Origin: Thalia democratica
Lineage: Eukaryota
Length of the DNA stretch: 64,000 nucleotides
Assembly (NCBI GenBank): GCA_965202585.1
Contig: OZ241829.1
Location: 29,698,001-29,762,000, forward strand
Direction: 5' to 3'
Shown here: positions 24,930 to 37,389 of the stretch, in pieces
How positions within the stretch are numbered: the stretch's first letter is position 1
Layout: the number at the start of each line of letters is the position of its first letter
Made by a program: the position numbers and the translations under genes
The notes under the pieces: model-generated
Seen by the model: only the letters and a program-made list of their open reading frames with translations
Database searches by the model: none
What the model was told of the DNA's origin: nothing

Positions 24930-25130
24930 TTGTTATGCACGTAGGAGCCACAGAGATGTCCCAGCCACCTTCTGAGCACTCATAAGTGTAGTCGGCCGAG
25001 CTACCACCACTGAAAGTGTAGTTCTCGATGCAAGAATACCTGTAAGCGTCGCCTTCGAGGTAAATGTCTTCACGAGCCTGACGCTCAGGTACGACGGTTC
25101 CGTATGGTATGGTTTCGGGGCTCGGGCAAG
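24930..25130 (-). CDS. CCP exon 8, left gene
   Basis: ACPSPETIPYGTVVPERQAREDIYLEGDAYRYSCIENYTFSGGSSADYTYECSEGGWDISVAPTCIT; 201 nt; the ORF track shows a different frame. Confidence 0.9.
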
Positions 25131-25707
25131 CTTGATTGAAAGCAAGGTTGAAAGAAGTGACATTTTTTACAAGGCTTTTGAAGTAATAAGTAAGTTGTGG
25201 TAAAAATATTAGTTTTTAAACATTGAAGTCCTCGGAAATTTTAAGTTTTTTGTTGAACACCTTGTACAAAAGAAACATAATACATACCGTTTTGAAGTAA
25301 AATTTAGTACTTTCGTTATAACTAAAAAAAAATTAAATGTATTGAGAATTGTAAAGTAAAGATGTTTATAAAGTTAACTTTTTAATAAATGTTGGCTTTA
25401 AGATAAATTCTAATTTTTTCGCAACGTCATAAAATTTTTATTCAATTAAATGTGCACAAATGCACTTTTTAAGTAATACTGTTACTAAATAAAAACAAGT
25501 TAACAACAGTATGACAAAAAAGTTTTATATAAAACAGTTCCGTAACATTTTAGCTTCATACACAAAATCAGCTCTTTTAAGTTGTACGAGATAATTTGTT
25601 GTGGAAACAATTTCATATATGAATCAAAGTTTCAATTAAAAGCCTGAAATTTAAAAGTTTTAAGATCAGGTTCCGTTTAGCATATCAATTATATATAAAA
25701 ATTAAAC

Positions 25708-25905
25708 CGTTGAGACACGCGGGTACGGAGGAGTTGGTTATTCCGTTTTCCTTGCACTCAACAATGGAAAGACGAGGGTAATTCATGTGATAGCCTTCTT
25801 CGCAAGAAAATGTTGACAAAGTCCCGGATACATGGTTTGTTGTGTCATCTACTATTGGGCGAGTGTCTATTATTAGACCAGGCCTCGAGACGATGTTTAG
25901 GCATG
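25708..25905 (-). CDS. CCP exon 7, left gene
   Basis: CLNIVSRPGL...TFSCEEGYHM...ECKENGITNSSVPACLN; 198 nt. Confidence 0.9.
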
Positions 25906-26523
25906 CTGTAGAAAACATTTTCGGTTTTATAAGTTTGATATATGCTTGAAAGTTAACCGTGACTTAAAATAACGCATACTAGTCTTGAAAAGCTTTTGCA
26001 AAACCATTTAGTCCCATACGAAACACTTATTTTAGTTTTTTCACCGTAATTGAACTGAAGTTGCAGAAATAGTTGTATTTTAATTTTATTCAAAGTTGGT
26101 AAACTTAGTATTTAAAGTAAACTTCTATAGAAATGTTTAACTTATAGTTTTTCGTGTATTATTAGTAAACTTCAATGCTTTACCTTCACTCAAAGTTTAA
26201 CTTTTAAATAAGTTTTAAACATTTTTCTTTATTTTTAATAAATAGTAAACAAGTAAAACGTAATTTGAAGTTATTATTTACTTTAAACTGCCTGTGTACT
26301 TACATATAGAAAACATAACTTTTTTACTAAGATAAGTTCTTGTATTTATACTGTTGCGAAAAAAAAGTATCCTTAAAAAATTCCAAAACTTTATAATAGG
26401 TTTTAAATGTTATGAAATAAAATATACTGTAAACATTTTTTACTCATCAAAACTTTAAATTTTTTTATAGCTGAATTAATTTTGAAAAGTAATTTTACAA
26501 GTGAAAAAGCGCTCATAACTTAC

Positions 26524-26724
26524 GTTTAATGCATTGAACTTTATCAAAAGTCCACGATGAATTAAAATGGCAAGTAGCTTCTACAGAAGCTTCTTTGGTA
26601 TGCACATTGTAGTAACCTTCTTCACACCTGATTTCAACAGCGGATATGAATCGAGCCGACCAAATACCGTCAAAATATTTAGTTGCTTTTATGATAGAGT
26701 TTGGAAAGTATAACGGTCCACAAA
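26524..26724 (-). CDS. CCP exon 6, left gene
   Basis: VCGPLYFPNSIIKATKYFDGIWSARFISAVEIRCEEGYYNVHTKEASVEATCHFNSSWTFDKVQCIK; 201 nt; not in the ORF track. Confidence 0.88.
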
Positions 26725-26907
26725 CTTCAAAAGTTTAGTAAACAAAGTGAGATTTTATTTTTAACATATTTGTTAGATAGTTGCCTTAAAATATGTTGAT
26801 TGATTTAAACGATTAGTTTATTCTCTATATATGCATATTAATAGCTTCAAGTTTATTTTTCAGCAAACTTTAAACAAAAAATCTCAAGCTCAGCAAAATT
26901 TGCAAAC

Positions 26908-27108
26908 CTGGAAAGCATAAAACTTTCGGAGACCATTTCCCATTGGTGCCGCATGTGGTCTCGTTGCCTACTTGCTCGTACTTATCATTGCAAACGTACC
27001 GAACGACTGACCCAGTTGCCACTCGCAAGTCAGGACTTGTTGTTACGACGTCCAAAGACACAGGTTGGTAAGGCGCACTGTTTTCTACAGTCGGTATTTC
27101 GTCGCATA
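26908..27108 (-). CDS. CCP exon 5, left gene
   Basis: CDEIPTVENSAPY...RYVCNDKYEQVGNETTCGTNGKWSPKVLCFP; 201 nt. Confidence 0.92.
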
Positions 27109-27686
27109 CTGTTGTGCAAAAAAAATATAAGGTTTTGACCTAAAAGGCTTGATATTGAATTTTAGTTATAGACGATTTCAGTTTCGTCTTGTTTCATTAA
27201 AAACTGTGTTAATTGTTAGAGCTAAAAACTTAAGATAAAACGCAGTGACTTACGAATTACACTGCTTATGATAGTTATTAAATAGTGTCTTTAGTTTGGT
27301 AGTATGTTTTTTGTTTACAGCTTTGTAAAAGTTTTATTAAAGAGTATAAAAGCTTCAGTTTTTAATTTTAAGGTTATAGTTAGTTGTGAAGGTTTAAAAC
27401 TGTTAAATTCTGATTATGTAAGCTATATAAAAGCTAAAGCAGTTGTGATTTTCACCTTATTGATAAAATGTTTAATTCTAAAAACAAACAAATAAACTTA
27501 TCTAACTAAAACCATTCAACGATTTCTAAAACAGTGAAGGGCTGAGCATAAGGAAACTCTATGTTTCTTATTTATCTCTAAAAACATAACTTCTAAATTG
27601 ACAACTTTGAAAATTGTTTAAACTACTTTTTTTCATAGAGCGAAACTTTCAAACTATTATGAAAAGCATCAGTGTTCACAACTGAC

Positions 27687-27887
27687 ATTTAAAGCACTCG
27701 GGACGAGCTTCCTCGGCCCAGCCTTCCTCGTATGTGCACGTCAAGGAAGGACTCGCTCCCTCCTTCATCGAGTATCCGCGGTGGCAGAAGTAGTTCACTT
27801 GCATCATCAGCACGATCCTGTCGTCGGACAACGTGTACTCCCCTCTCCGTCCGTCGGCGTTCGGTACATGAGGCGGAACCAAGCAAG
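27687..27887 (-). CDS. CCP exon 4, left gene
   Basis: TCLVPPHVPNADG...NYFCHRGYSM...TCTYEEGWAEEARPECFK; 201 nt. Confidence 0.92.
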
Positions 27888-27961
27888 CTAGAGATTTGTT
27901 TGTTTGAAAATATCACACTCAAAACCGCAACAAAACGTGTAAGTAGGGAAAGTTGACGAAC

Positions 27962-28159
27962 TTTGAACGCACCAAGGTGCGGTCTCTATGTTCCACGTTC
28001 CGTCTTGCCGACACTTGCGAGTGCTGACTTCGCCTTTGGCTAGGGAGAACTTGTCGTTGCACGTGTACACCACCCGCATGCCGGTCCAAAAAAAGTATTT
28101 TTCAAACAGGTATTCGGTCGTCCACGTGGAATAGTCTCCGTCGGGTGGCTTTGTGCATC
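27962..28159 (-). CDS. CCP exon 3, left gene
   Basis: GCTKPPDGDY...VYTCNDKFSL...KCRQDGTWNIETAPWCVQ; 198 nt. Confidence 0.92.
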
Positions 28160-28245
28160 CTTGCAATTATTATTTTTTATTAAAAGCAGGTAAATACTAT
28201 AACTTACATACATGCAAATGATAAGAAAATGGGCTAAAAGTTAAC

Positions 28246-28431
28246 CTCTAATGTTCCCGTCGGGACATATTGGTTTTCTTTTCCAGCCGTCATCTCCACA
28301 CTCAACAGTACCAATGAAATCATAAGGCACTGAATATTTACACTTGTATTTCACAACATCACCGATATCATAGCTTGATTTAATTTGGCCGGTGTAGTTG
28401 CCGTTTGTTAGCGGAGGAGGATCCGTGCAAT
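28246..28431 (-). CDS. CCP exon 2, left gene
   Basis: CTDPPPLTNGNY...KYKCKYSVPYDFIGTVECGDDGWKRKPICP; 186 nt. Confidence 0.9.
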
Positions 28432-28582
28432 CTGGTGTGTTTGTGTTAAGCAAGTGAAATCCTTGAACATAACAGCTTTATAGCATGAGCAGAACAATTT
28501 TAAATGTTACATCTTAAAATAGATAGTGCAAAAATCAATCAAAAGTATGTTTTTAAAAATATAAAAGTAAAGAAGTACCGAC

Positions 28583-28771
28583 ATGAGATGCATTTCGGGT
28601 AACTTTTTCCGGAATCCCAAGTAAAGTTTCCGTTTTCGTTGCACACGACATACTCGGATGAGTTTGGATGGATTCTAAACCCCTGATCACACTCCAGCAT
28701 GAATTTAGAGCCGTATATTGGTTCTGGTGGACCGACAAACAATCCATGTTCCAACTTTGGTGGTTCGCAGA
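28583..28771 (-). CDS. CCP exon 1, left gene
   Basis: CEPPKLEHGLF...MLECDQGFRI...VCNENGNFTWDSGKSYPKCIS; 189 nt, phase 1-1. Confidence 0.92.
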
Positions 28772-29786
28772 CTGATGATAAAACAATTTTCAGTAAGAAA
28801 AAAATAGTGCTTAATCGACTTTTTAAAGTGCTGTTTCTTATTAGATGCAAGTAAGAAAGTATGGTTTGTAAATAAAATGTTAAAGATATAGTTCAAAACC
28901 TTATTTTTCAAGAAAAAAAACGTATCTAATGTTTTACTTATTTTTAAATTGATGTAACGCTTAAGTTTATAAAATTCATCAGTTTTTATTTCTTACATGT
29001 GCGTGAGATTTATTTCTGTTCAAAAATTTTAAGTTATTTATTTTTAAGATTGCAGATAGGTCAGAATACTTTAGAGAAGTCCTCTGGTGAAAACAATGCG
29101 AGAAATGTTTTTATACAAACTGGATTTTATTCATAAGTTATTATCTGAATTATAAAGTATTTCTTTAAAGTTTCAAACATATTTAAAATGTTGAATATAT
29201 GTTTAAAGTTGCACAGATATAGTGGTAAAAAGTACTCTCTTGGAATTTTTTACCATCAAAAAACATTAAAAAAAAAACTATTTTTCATGAACAAAAATTG
29301 TCTTTTTAGTACTTAATTTCTGTACTTGTAAATACTTTCTAAGAAGTTATTTTTTTATTTAAGTTTTGAAGACCTACGATTTTTAATTGAAACTTTTATA
29401 AAGAGTTTTAGAAATAATTTGAGAATTATTATATAAAATATGTCTAGTATTACTTTTAATTCTTTTTTTAAGTAACTTTGCTGTTAATTTTAAGTTTTCC
29501 AGAAGCCATAAATTCTAACATTTTTAAAACATCACAGATCTAAATGAAAACAACCTTTTAAAAATAAGCATATTCAGTATGTTCTAACAAAATTAGAAGG
29601 AAATAAATACTTTTCTGATGTTAAGATTGAAAGTATTTTATAAAAAAAATAAAAACTACATATTTTCAAGGTTAAATTTTTTAATTAAACAAATTTTACA
29701 CAGCTATTCTTTTTACTGCAGTTTTGTCCTGTATACAAGTTATATTTAATTCATTGTGACAATAAACATCAAATATCTTAACTTAC

Positions 29787-29838
29787 GCATAATGAACTGC
29801 CAGACTATACTGACTACATTGCAAGACGTGCACTGCAT
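29787..29838 (-). CDS. Candidate start exon of the CCP gene (partial signal-peptide-like sequence)
   Basis: AAAAATG then MQCTSCNVVSIVWQFIM, ending in phase 1 at a gtaagt donor, with an upstream tttgcag acceptor at 29859-29860. How it joins exon 1 is unresolved. Confidence 0.4.
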
Positions 29839-30645
29839 TTTTACTAACTTTTCTTGTTCTGCAAATTATTTTTTTTAAAGTTTTGTTTAACCTTAAGAAT
29901 TTGAATAAAAATAACATATAATGAAAAAATTTAGAATTTTAGTTTTACTGAAAAATAAGTGAGTGAACAAATAGGTTTATTTTTCATAAGCAATCAAATA
30001 GTTTTTACTTCTTAAAGAAAACTATACATTTTTATATCGATTTAACTAAGATTTAAATGGCTTACAAGCAATATTTTTCAAAAAACTTTAAGTTTTATAT
30101 TGTTATTTTGTAATTTTAATAGCATGTGCTTTGTTAATCTTGTCAACTGATTGTCACACTAAATTTATCAGGTGTAACTAATTTTAGATAACTATTAAAC
30201 TCTTCTTACATGTAAACTTTGCATAAACATTTTTAAAGTTGTAAATAAGTCCTATTAATCAAATATTACTCACTATGGTATATCTTGAAAACTTTGGTAA
30301 AACAATCTTTGGATTAACTTATCTTTAAAACTGTCTCATATCATTATACGTAAAACCTTATGCTATTAAGGTAGACAAGTTGTTTATTAAAAAGTAAAGT
30401 TTGTTTTTGTTTAAAAAAGCTATAACTTACTTTTTTGCAGCTTAGAAATTTTTTGATTTCACTAACTTCACAACTGCTAACTATTAAATCTTGAAAATTT
30501 GTGTTGTTTACTAAAAGCTTACATCTAGATGCAGTTTTTCTAAAGTTACGTCACAAAACTAGGAGCACTACACTCGATCTTTTCAAGATATTTTAGTTTA
30601 AAACTAGCTACACAAAATATTATTATCTTAATTATAAAATTAACT

Positions 30646-30720
30646 CAGGGGTCAACAGCTTTTTTTTGTGTAATGTGCCAATTTTCCGAGAAAAGTTGCT
30701 CGTGGGCCAAAAGCAAAAAG
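30646..30720 (+). mobile_element. Degenerate hAT/Charlie-like terminal remnant
   Basis: CAGGGGTCAACAGCTTTTTTTTGTGTAATGTGCCA resembles Charlie-type ends. No partner end was found. Confidence 0.3.
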
Positions 30721-31747
30721 TCTTCTACAGGCTGCAACTATTTCAATAAATGTTGTAGTAATTAAAAAATAAATATTTTAAGCTAAAGATGTTATAAAAA
30801 CTAAAATGACAAAGGACCAAGTGCCCAACGAATTATGCAATTAATTTGTAGCCATTGTAACTTAATTTATTAATTCCTAATTTGTTTTAAAACTGTTATC
30901 AAGGGATTACTTTAGTTGGTTAAGTTCTCATTCTAGAGTGACTTATTTATAAAAAGGAAATATTTAATTATATGTCTATCAAAAAATTAAATTGCCTGTC
31001 TGAAATAATGAAATTAACTTCTTAGTGTTCTTGTGAAAAATAATAAAACTGTATGTATCCACCTGCTCTTCAATATAATTATCATTCAAATAGTTTAAAA
31101 ATGTAAATACATGTTAACAAGGAATTCAAATCCTTCTCTAATGCAGTGCTTTACTTTCGCTTTGTTTATCTATTAATAAAATAATAAAAACGCTTCAATT
31201 ATTATGATATGTAAACTAGACTAGTTTCTAAAATAATTAAAAATGATCGTTTAATTAAATGGTTTTGCTAAAGTTATATTTTGTATTTAACTATATATTA
31301 TTCATGTTAACAAAATATAGTTTCCACAGAACTTTTTATATAAGTTGAAATGATTCTTATTAAATAAAAACATATGTTTTATTTTGAAAACTAAAACTTT
31401 TAAAGTATTTAAATTTCTGCACGCTGGTTCTTTTTTTACAAGTAAAAAGTTTTCAACAAAGGTCAACACTTTTCAGTCTAACAAATTAAATCAACGTAAT
31501 CGTTTGGGTTCTAATCTTTTAAAAGATATTATAGGCTAAAACAAATTATAAAAATGTTATTAATTTTCTTCCTGAAAAGTAAAGTTTAAAAGAAAGTACT
31601 TCATAAAAGTTATTGAGTTAAACTGTTTCAAAACTTTACAGTTTGTTCTTAAAGTCTTGTTGTTAAAGCTTTGTACACAAGTAAAATAAAAATATCTGTG
31701 TTATTAAGTTTTATCACAGACGGTATATTACTAATATTAATTCATAC

Positions 31748-34032
31748 CAGTGGCGTCGCGTGGTATTTTTTTTAGGTGGTGCAGAATTTAAAAAAAAATC
31801 CCCTTTTTTAAAACTCTTTTTTTATCTAAAATAAAGAACTTTTTCTACAACAATTACATTAAATTGCTAATGTAACTTGGGAAATTTTGTTTAAAAATAA
31901 AACATTTATTAAAAAAAAAAAAATATTTAAGAAAATAATTTTTTACAGATTTTAAAAATTCAATATATTTTTTTAGATATAGCTGGTCAAAGTCAAAGGC
32001 AATAAAAGGTTCCTTATGGGAGGCACAAACTAAAACAGCGCTTAAAAAAAATGTTTTACCCCCCCCCCCCCCCCCCCTTTTATGCCCTTAAAATCTACTT
32101 TAGAATTATTTGACTGAAATTATTTTATAAAGTTTTAATTTAACTACAACTCATCTTTTATCAATATAAAAAAATCATATTAACTTTTGGGATATGGTAA
32201 CTCACAGTCAGAGGTACAAAGGAATCCTTATTAATATAATATAAACTCAAACAAGTAATAAATCAAATCACTAAAATCATGTCTTTTTTTTTTATAAGAT
32301 GGCCTCAAAATCTTTAGATGTTTCTTTTATAAAAAAAACAAATTGCTGAAATAGATATTTGAAACACTAAGAAAAAAAAAGTTATAACAAAAGTTTTTTT
32401 TTGTATATATAAAAATATATATTGATACTTAAAAATTTAAAATTTCTCTTCAACAAAAGTAAACAAATTTTATAAAACTTAGGATGAAAAAGTTTGATAA
32501 AAACTGCTTTAAGAATGATGGAGAATATAGGTTTTCAGTAAAATTATATTCTTTTGCTGTTTTGATTTGCTCCTTATATAATAAATCATTGTACTCTCTG
32601 GCTTTGACCGGTTGTAACTAAAAGTTTAATTGGAAATTTCAAGTTTATTAAAGAGTAACTTTTAGCTTTTTGAAAAAGTTAAAATAAGAACAACATGTAA
32701 AAAAGTGCCTATAAACCTCCCCCCCCTTACCCCTCACTACTTTGCACTTATTTTTTTACAAACATTAAGACTTTTATTAACTTTTTTTCTAATTTTAATG
32801 TTTTTTTTTGGAGGTTTAAAATTCAATAGTTTAAAAGGGTATCTTTTCTTTATTTAATTTTAATATGTTTTTCATTTTGATGACAGTATTTTTCTCAGGA
32901 GCTCAATTTTTTTAAGTTTAGTTGGTGAGGCTGTTGAACTTTTAAAGAATTTTAAAGATAATTTATAAATTAGTAACCCTTATAGCAGTAAAAAATTGCT
33001 TAGTTAGTTTTCATGTGGCCATAGGGGTAAAACACTTATTTTTTAATTTTAGATAAGCTTGTTATTTTCAGAGTAAAAAACTAAAACTGCTTTAGTCAGC
33101 CTGAATATTTTTATAATTTGGTCTGTTTTAATTTATCTTGGGTCATCTTGAGTTTTTAACATTTCTAAGTTATCCTGATTATGAGGCAAGGCAACCATGT
33201 TTCAACAATTTTATCTAAAACTTTTGCTTTGTTTATGAAAAAATTAAACCAAAAGTCATATAAAGTAGACTAAATTTTCCTAAAATGTTAAACTACTCTA
33301 AGTAATCAAAGTTTCTAAGTTAAGGCTATTTACTTTATTTAAATATGTGACTGTTTCAATAATACTAGTTTTCATTTAATATAAGTCTAAATTATTTTTC
33401 TAGTGAACTAGAAGTTCTTTTTTTTTTTCAGAACTTAAACTTTACATTTAAATATAATTTAATTAAATATTTTATTAATTTTATGATAACAATAACAATT
33501 ATAATTAAGTTTATGTATGCAGATTAAAATAAAAAATCAAATTTCTTAGACTTTAGTGATTTAAGGTTCTTATCTTTTTTTTTTCAAAATATTTAATTCA
33601 TGACAAGTTTTGTTCTTTTATTGTCCAGTTTTAATAGAAGTGATCTGTTAAATTTAAAAAAACCATGTGGGTATATAAACTAAGTTTAATCCTTTGCAGT
33701 AGCTTAGCTTTGTTTTTATTTTATGTTTACAATAGCTTGTAGATGACACTTAAGCATGTCCTGTTTTAGGGAATTTTCAACTTAGTTTACTTACCGCAAG
33801 ATATTGATTTTGCGGTAATTCTTGAAGAAATTTTGCTTTTTTGAGTTCATTTGCGGCAGTCAGCTAAGAGTTTGCGGCAGTGAAGTGGGCAAAATGGTCG
33901 TTTTCAAAATTGGAGTTTTAAAAGAGATTTCGTTCTAAAACATAACGAAAACGCTACAGATACTTTTTTTTTTCTTACAAAATTTCAAGGTAGTGCAGTT
34001 GCGGCAGTGCAACACCCCACGCGACGCCCCTG
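31748..34032. mobile_element. Non-autonomous hAT DNA transposon, 2285 bp
   Basis: TIRs CAGTGGCGTCGCGTGG and CCACGCGACGCCCCTG; perfect 8-bp TSD ATTCATAC at 31740-31747 and 34033-34040; no transposase ORF. Confidence 0.92.
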
Positions 34033-34400
34033 ATTCATACTATTTACTTTTTAAACTTTGTAGAAAAAATTTGATTCTCAAACTAAAAACTAAAAGTGGT
34101 TTAAATTATATTTTGTGTAACAAATCTGAGTGTTTATATATTGCTTGCAACTTGAGTTTGATTGTGATTCTAATTTCTATCAAAAATAAATCGAAGGTTA
34201 AAAAAAAACAAGAAAAAATTAAGTTTTAAAAATAAATTTTAATAAAATTTTGTATTTATTTAAGTTTAATAATAGTTCTTTCAAATAAATTAATATTATT
34301 TAGTAAAATTAATACGGAAAAAGCGGTTAATTAGTATTTGAAAAAGTACACTTTGATACATTTCATGATTCTTTTTGTCAATAAAATTCGGTAAAAAAAC

Positions 34401-34474
34401 TTAAGGAAGGCTGAAAGCTTTTTTTATGAAAGGATTGTCTCTGTGTCTTCGCACAAAATCCGGACGTTTTCTTT
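34401..34474 (-). CDS. Possible alternative terminal exon of the lyase-like gene (basic tail)
   Basis: A strong tttttcacag acceptor; phase 1 gives ERKRPDFVRRHRDNPFIKKAFSLP* if spliced from a phase-1 donor at 34556 or 34538. Confidence 0.35.
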
Positions 34475-34512
34475 CTGTGAAAAAATAAAAAAATCGTTAT
34501 TAACTCACGTCT

Positions 34513-34700
34513 TTAAACGAGCACAAATTCAATCTGACCGTTGTATTCCAAATCACCAGTGAACTGCACGTCGTTTTGGTACTGGTGGTTGAAGTACTCG
34601 AACCTTTCGAGCGTGAACTCGTCGGCCGCCACAGTTTCCTTCTTGTATTCTTTGAACGACAGCTCGAACTTTGCCTTCACTCCGCTCGGGTTGTAAACTC
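34513..34700 (-). CDS. PL13-like domain, last exon (G-V-Y with the putative catalytic Tyr)
   Basis: GVYNPSGVKAKFELSFKEYKKETVAADEFTLERFEYFNHQYQNDVQFTGDLEYNGQIEFVLV*; completes the KF|GVY motif across the intron; internal phase-1 donors also exist. Confidence 0.8.
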
Positions 34701-35382
34701 CTTAAAAATACACGTGAGATGTGCAGGTATAAAGAAATGCAGTGACGAGGTTTTAAAAAGCTCAAAAAATAAAATGCAGCAGGGACACCAATAGCGTATC
34801 TGCTTTAAGAGATCTTAATCTAAAAAATGAATGGGGTTAAAAAATTATAAAAAAGCTATGATACTGTTTAAACGAATAAGAAAACTAATCTTAAAGATAT
34901 AAAGATTTTTATCGTTGTGTTAGTGTATAATAAAACTGTAAATTACTTTATTAAACACAAAAAAAATAAACAGAAAAACTTGATGTGCGTAGCAAAAAAT
35001 AGTTCAGTTTAGTTTATTTCGGTTTTATAAATTAATTCATAATTAGTTCAAATACAAAACTACTATTAAAAAAAAGTCTAATAACTCTGAAATAAGTGTG
35101 AATAGGCAACATTTTTTATCAAAAGTAAGTAAATATAAGCTGTAATAATTAATATTACTTTTATAATTATAACTAAACTTTTAAAAACTAAAATGTTCTC
35201 AAAACGGTAAGGTACGCATTTCACGTAAAGTACACACTTTTATATGGTTTCTTGGTGCGTACCCTACCAATGTCATTACTTTATTCGTTTTTAGATAAAT
35301 ACAAAATACAACCATGAGCTTTGTGACTAGTTTTTTTTTCAAAGCTGGTATTAATTGTTTCCAAACTTCTCGTGAAACCAAC

Positions 35383-35545
35383 CGAACTTAATGTAAGGAA
35401 CTCTCCCTTGCGCGTTTGCCCCGATAATAACCGGCAACTGATAATCGAGGTAAGAAGATTGCAGCTTGCCGTTAACTTTCAACTTCATTAAACCGTTCCA
35501 CGTTCGGATACCGGGGTCTCCAGTGCGACCGAGACGTTCCATTTC
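35383..35545 (-). CDS. PL13-like domain exon
   Basis: EMERLGRTGDPGIRTWNGLMKLKVNGKLQSSYLDYQLPVIIGANAQGRVPYIKF(G); phase 0-1; cf. heparinase I ILIGRNDEDGYYFKFG as recalled. Confidence 0.85.
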
Positions 35546-35829
35546 CTAGTTTAACTTTTAGCTATCATTTTAATGCTTGATGATAAACTTTAAACATTTT
35601 AATCTTCCTACTAGCTTAAGCTACTAGTATATAATTTCTCGTTAATTAGAAACTCTATAGACTTTATCTTATTTTATTAAAAAACAGGTCTAAAGTTCTT
35701 GTAAAAAACTTTCAATAATATTTTAATACAATTTGTTGCTTGTTTTTCATTTAAGTGACTGCACCTGAAATATCTAATACTTTATAAATTTCTAAGCTAG
35801 TTAAATTAAGTAAAAAAAAATCAAATAAC

Positions 35830-35934
35830 TTCATCTGTAAGGAGACCGTACTCGCCCCAATTTATAATCCACTCAAATTCAGTCCATTCCTGCTCTTCGA
35901 GAACATCTAGCGGAATTTCGTGAAGAATAATCGC
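35830..35934 (-). CDS. PL13-like domain exon
   Basis: AIILHEIPLDVLEEQEWTEFEWIINWGEYGLLTDE; phase 0-0; cf. TIAYKLPFADFPKDCWITFRVHIDWTVYG. Confidence 0.85.
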
Positions 35935-36223
35935 CTAAAAAAAAGAAAAAATAAAGAAAATATTTTTAGAAATAATAAAGAAATATCTTTTTAGCGTTTT
36001 ATGTTGAAAATAAAGTTTGAAACTAAGTTGAATTTCTTTTCGTTAGAACTTTTTAGAAAAACTTAACTCTAAATGGAAACAAGTCTGTCAATTTTAAATT
36101 TGCCCAGATATTATTATTTTACACAATAAACCCTTTTTTTTTGTTCTGATAAGATAAACTAGCAAAATGTTATGTAAGCTTAACTTTTAGTATAATATTT
36201 TAAAAACAAAGTGATAAAACAAC

Positions 36224-36339
36224 GTGTTGTTCGGCCCGACCGTCTTCAACGCACACAACTTTTTTCATCCCACTCATTCGGCACTTTCCTTCAGTTTTGA
36301 AGTACCTTTCGTCCGATCTTGCTGTCACTGTCAGCTTGC
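36224..36339 (-). CDS. PL13-like domain exon
   Basis: SKLTVTARSDERYFKTEGKCRMSGMKKVVCVEDGRAEQH; phase 1-0; cf. LFYIKANSDRKWLTDKDDRC. Confidence 0.83.
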
Positions 36340-37308
36340 CTGCAAGAGCAGTTTGTTGTAATTTAATTTTTACACGCTAGCCTAAAACAATAAAAATAAA
36401 TTGTTTACCAAAAAATTAAGCAGTGGTATGCTGTTCTATATAATTGTACACTTTTAAAAATGTTTCAAAAATCACATTATTACTAGTTTCAGCATCAAAA
36501 CATTTTCGTAATTTACCTTACATTAAGTTGTTTTGTAACGATATGTATATTCTGTTGTTTTTTTAAATGACCGCCTAGGGGCGTTAGATGATTGTTTATC
36601 AAATCACATAATAAAACTTTAATAGTTTTTGTTTTTACGCTCAGTTAGCCATAAGACCGTGCGGAGGGCACACCAAATTTAAGACTTTGAGACACCAATT
36701 GAACTTAAGAACTTTTTAATGATGTTCATTTTATAAGAACTTTATTTTATTTGTATTATTTTGTTGCATTGTGCTTAGTTTAGTCATCGTTGTGCATGAA
36801 GTACGACATATATTAAAACTCTGTATTACAAGTAAAACCTATTTTTGTATTTAAGATTGTGACATTCAGACAGTTTTAGAACGTTATTAAGAACATTTTT
36901 AGTTGTAGAATTTTGTGTCTACTTGTTGTGTTTATTTTCCCAGTTGTATTCTACTGATATAGTAGCTGCTCTATCACTTCTACTTTCTAGTTTCCATATT
37001 AATATTACTTTTTCAATAAACTCACTTCATTAAAGAAACTATACATATTAAGTTTATTACATATTTAATAGTTACTAAGTTAAACCTAATGAGTAAGGTA
37101 AATTCAGTAAAAGCCTTAAGAGCTAATCACTCAAAGCGTTCAGCTCAAAAAAGGGGACTTCCCCCAATTAAAAATAGTTCCTACCACTGGTTTAAGGCTA
37201 CAGTTTTACAAACAGAGTCATAGCTTATTTCGTATATAACTTCGTACACGTAAAAATCTAAAAATTGCAAACTAATTTCTATATTACATATCATTTCAAA
37301 CAACTAAC

Positions 37309-37389
37309 TCTTGTTCCTGTCGTAATGAACTGAAAGAAGGGGGTGTCCCCCTCTCTGAAAGCTTATTCGCTCCCCTCCCGCTTCGAAAC
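37309..37389 (-). CDS. PL13-like domain exon
   Basis: GFEAGGERISFQRGGHPLLSVHYDRNK; 81 nt, phase 1-1; cf. WLVEQGGYPPLAFGF. Confidence 0.83.

Noticed and set aside
28772-28850. Signal-peptide-like N-terminus of ORF 28539-28850
   Set aside because: The ORF starts at TTG, not ATG, and a cag acceptor lies at 28772-28773.
35199-35381. 60-aa ORF as the continuation after KFG
   Set aside because: The exon at 34700 supplies the expected GVY motif with a better acceptor, so this ORF is intronic.
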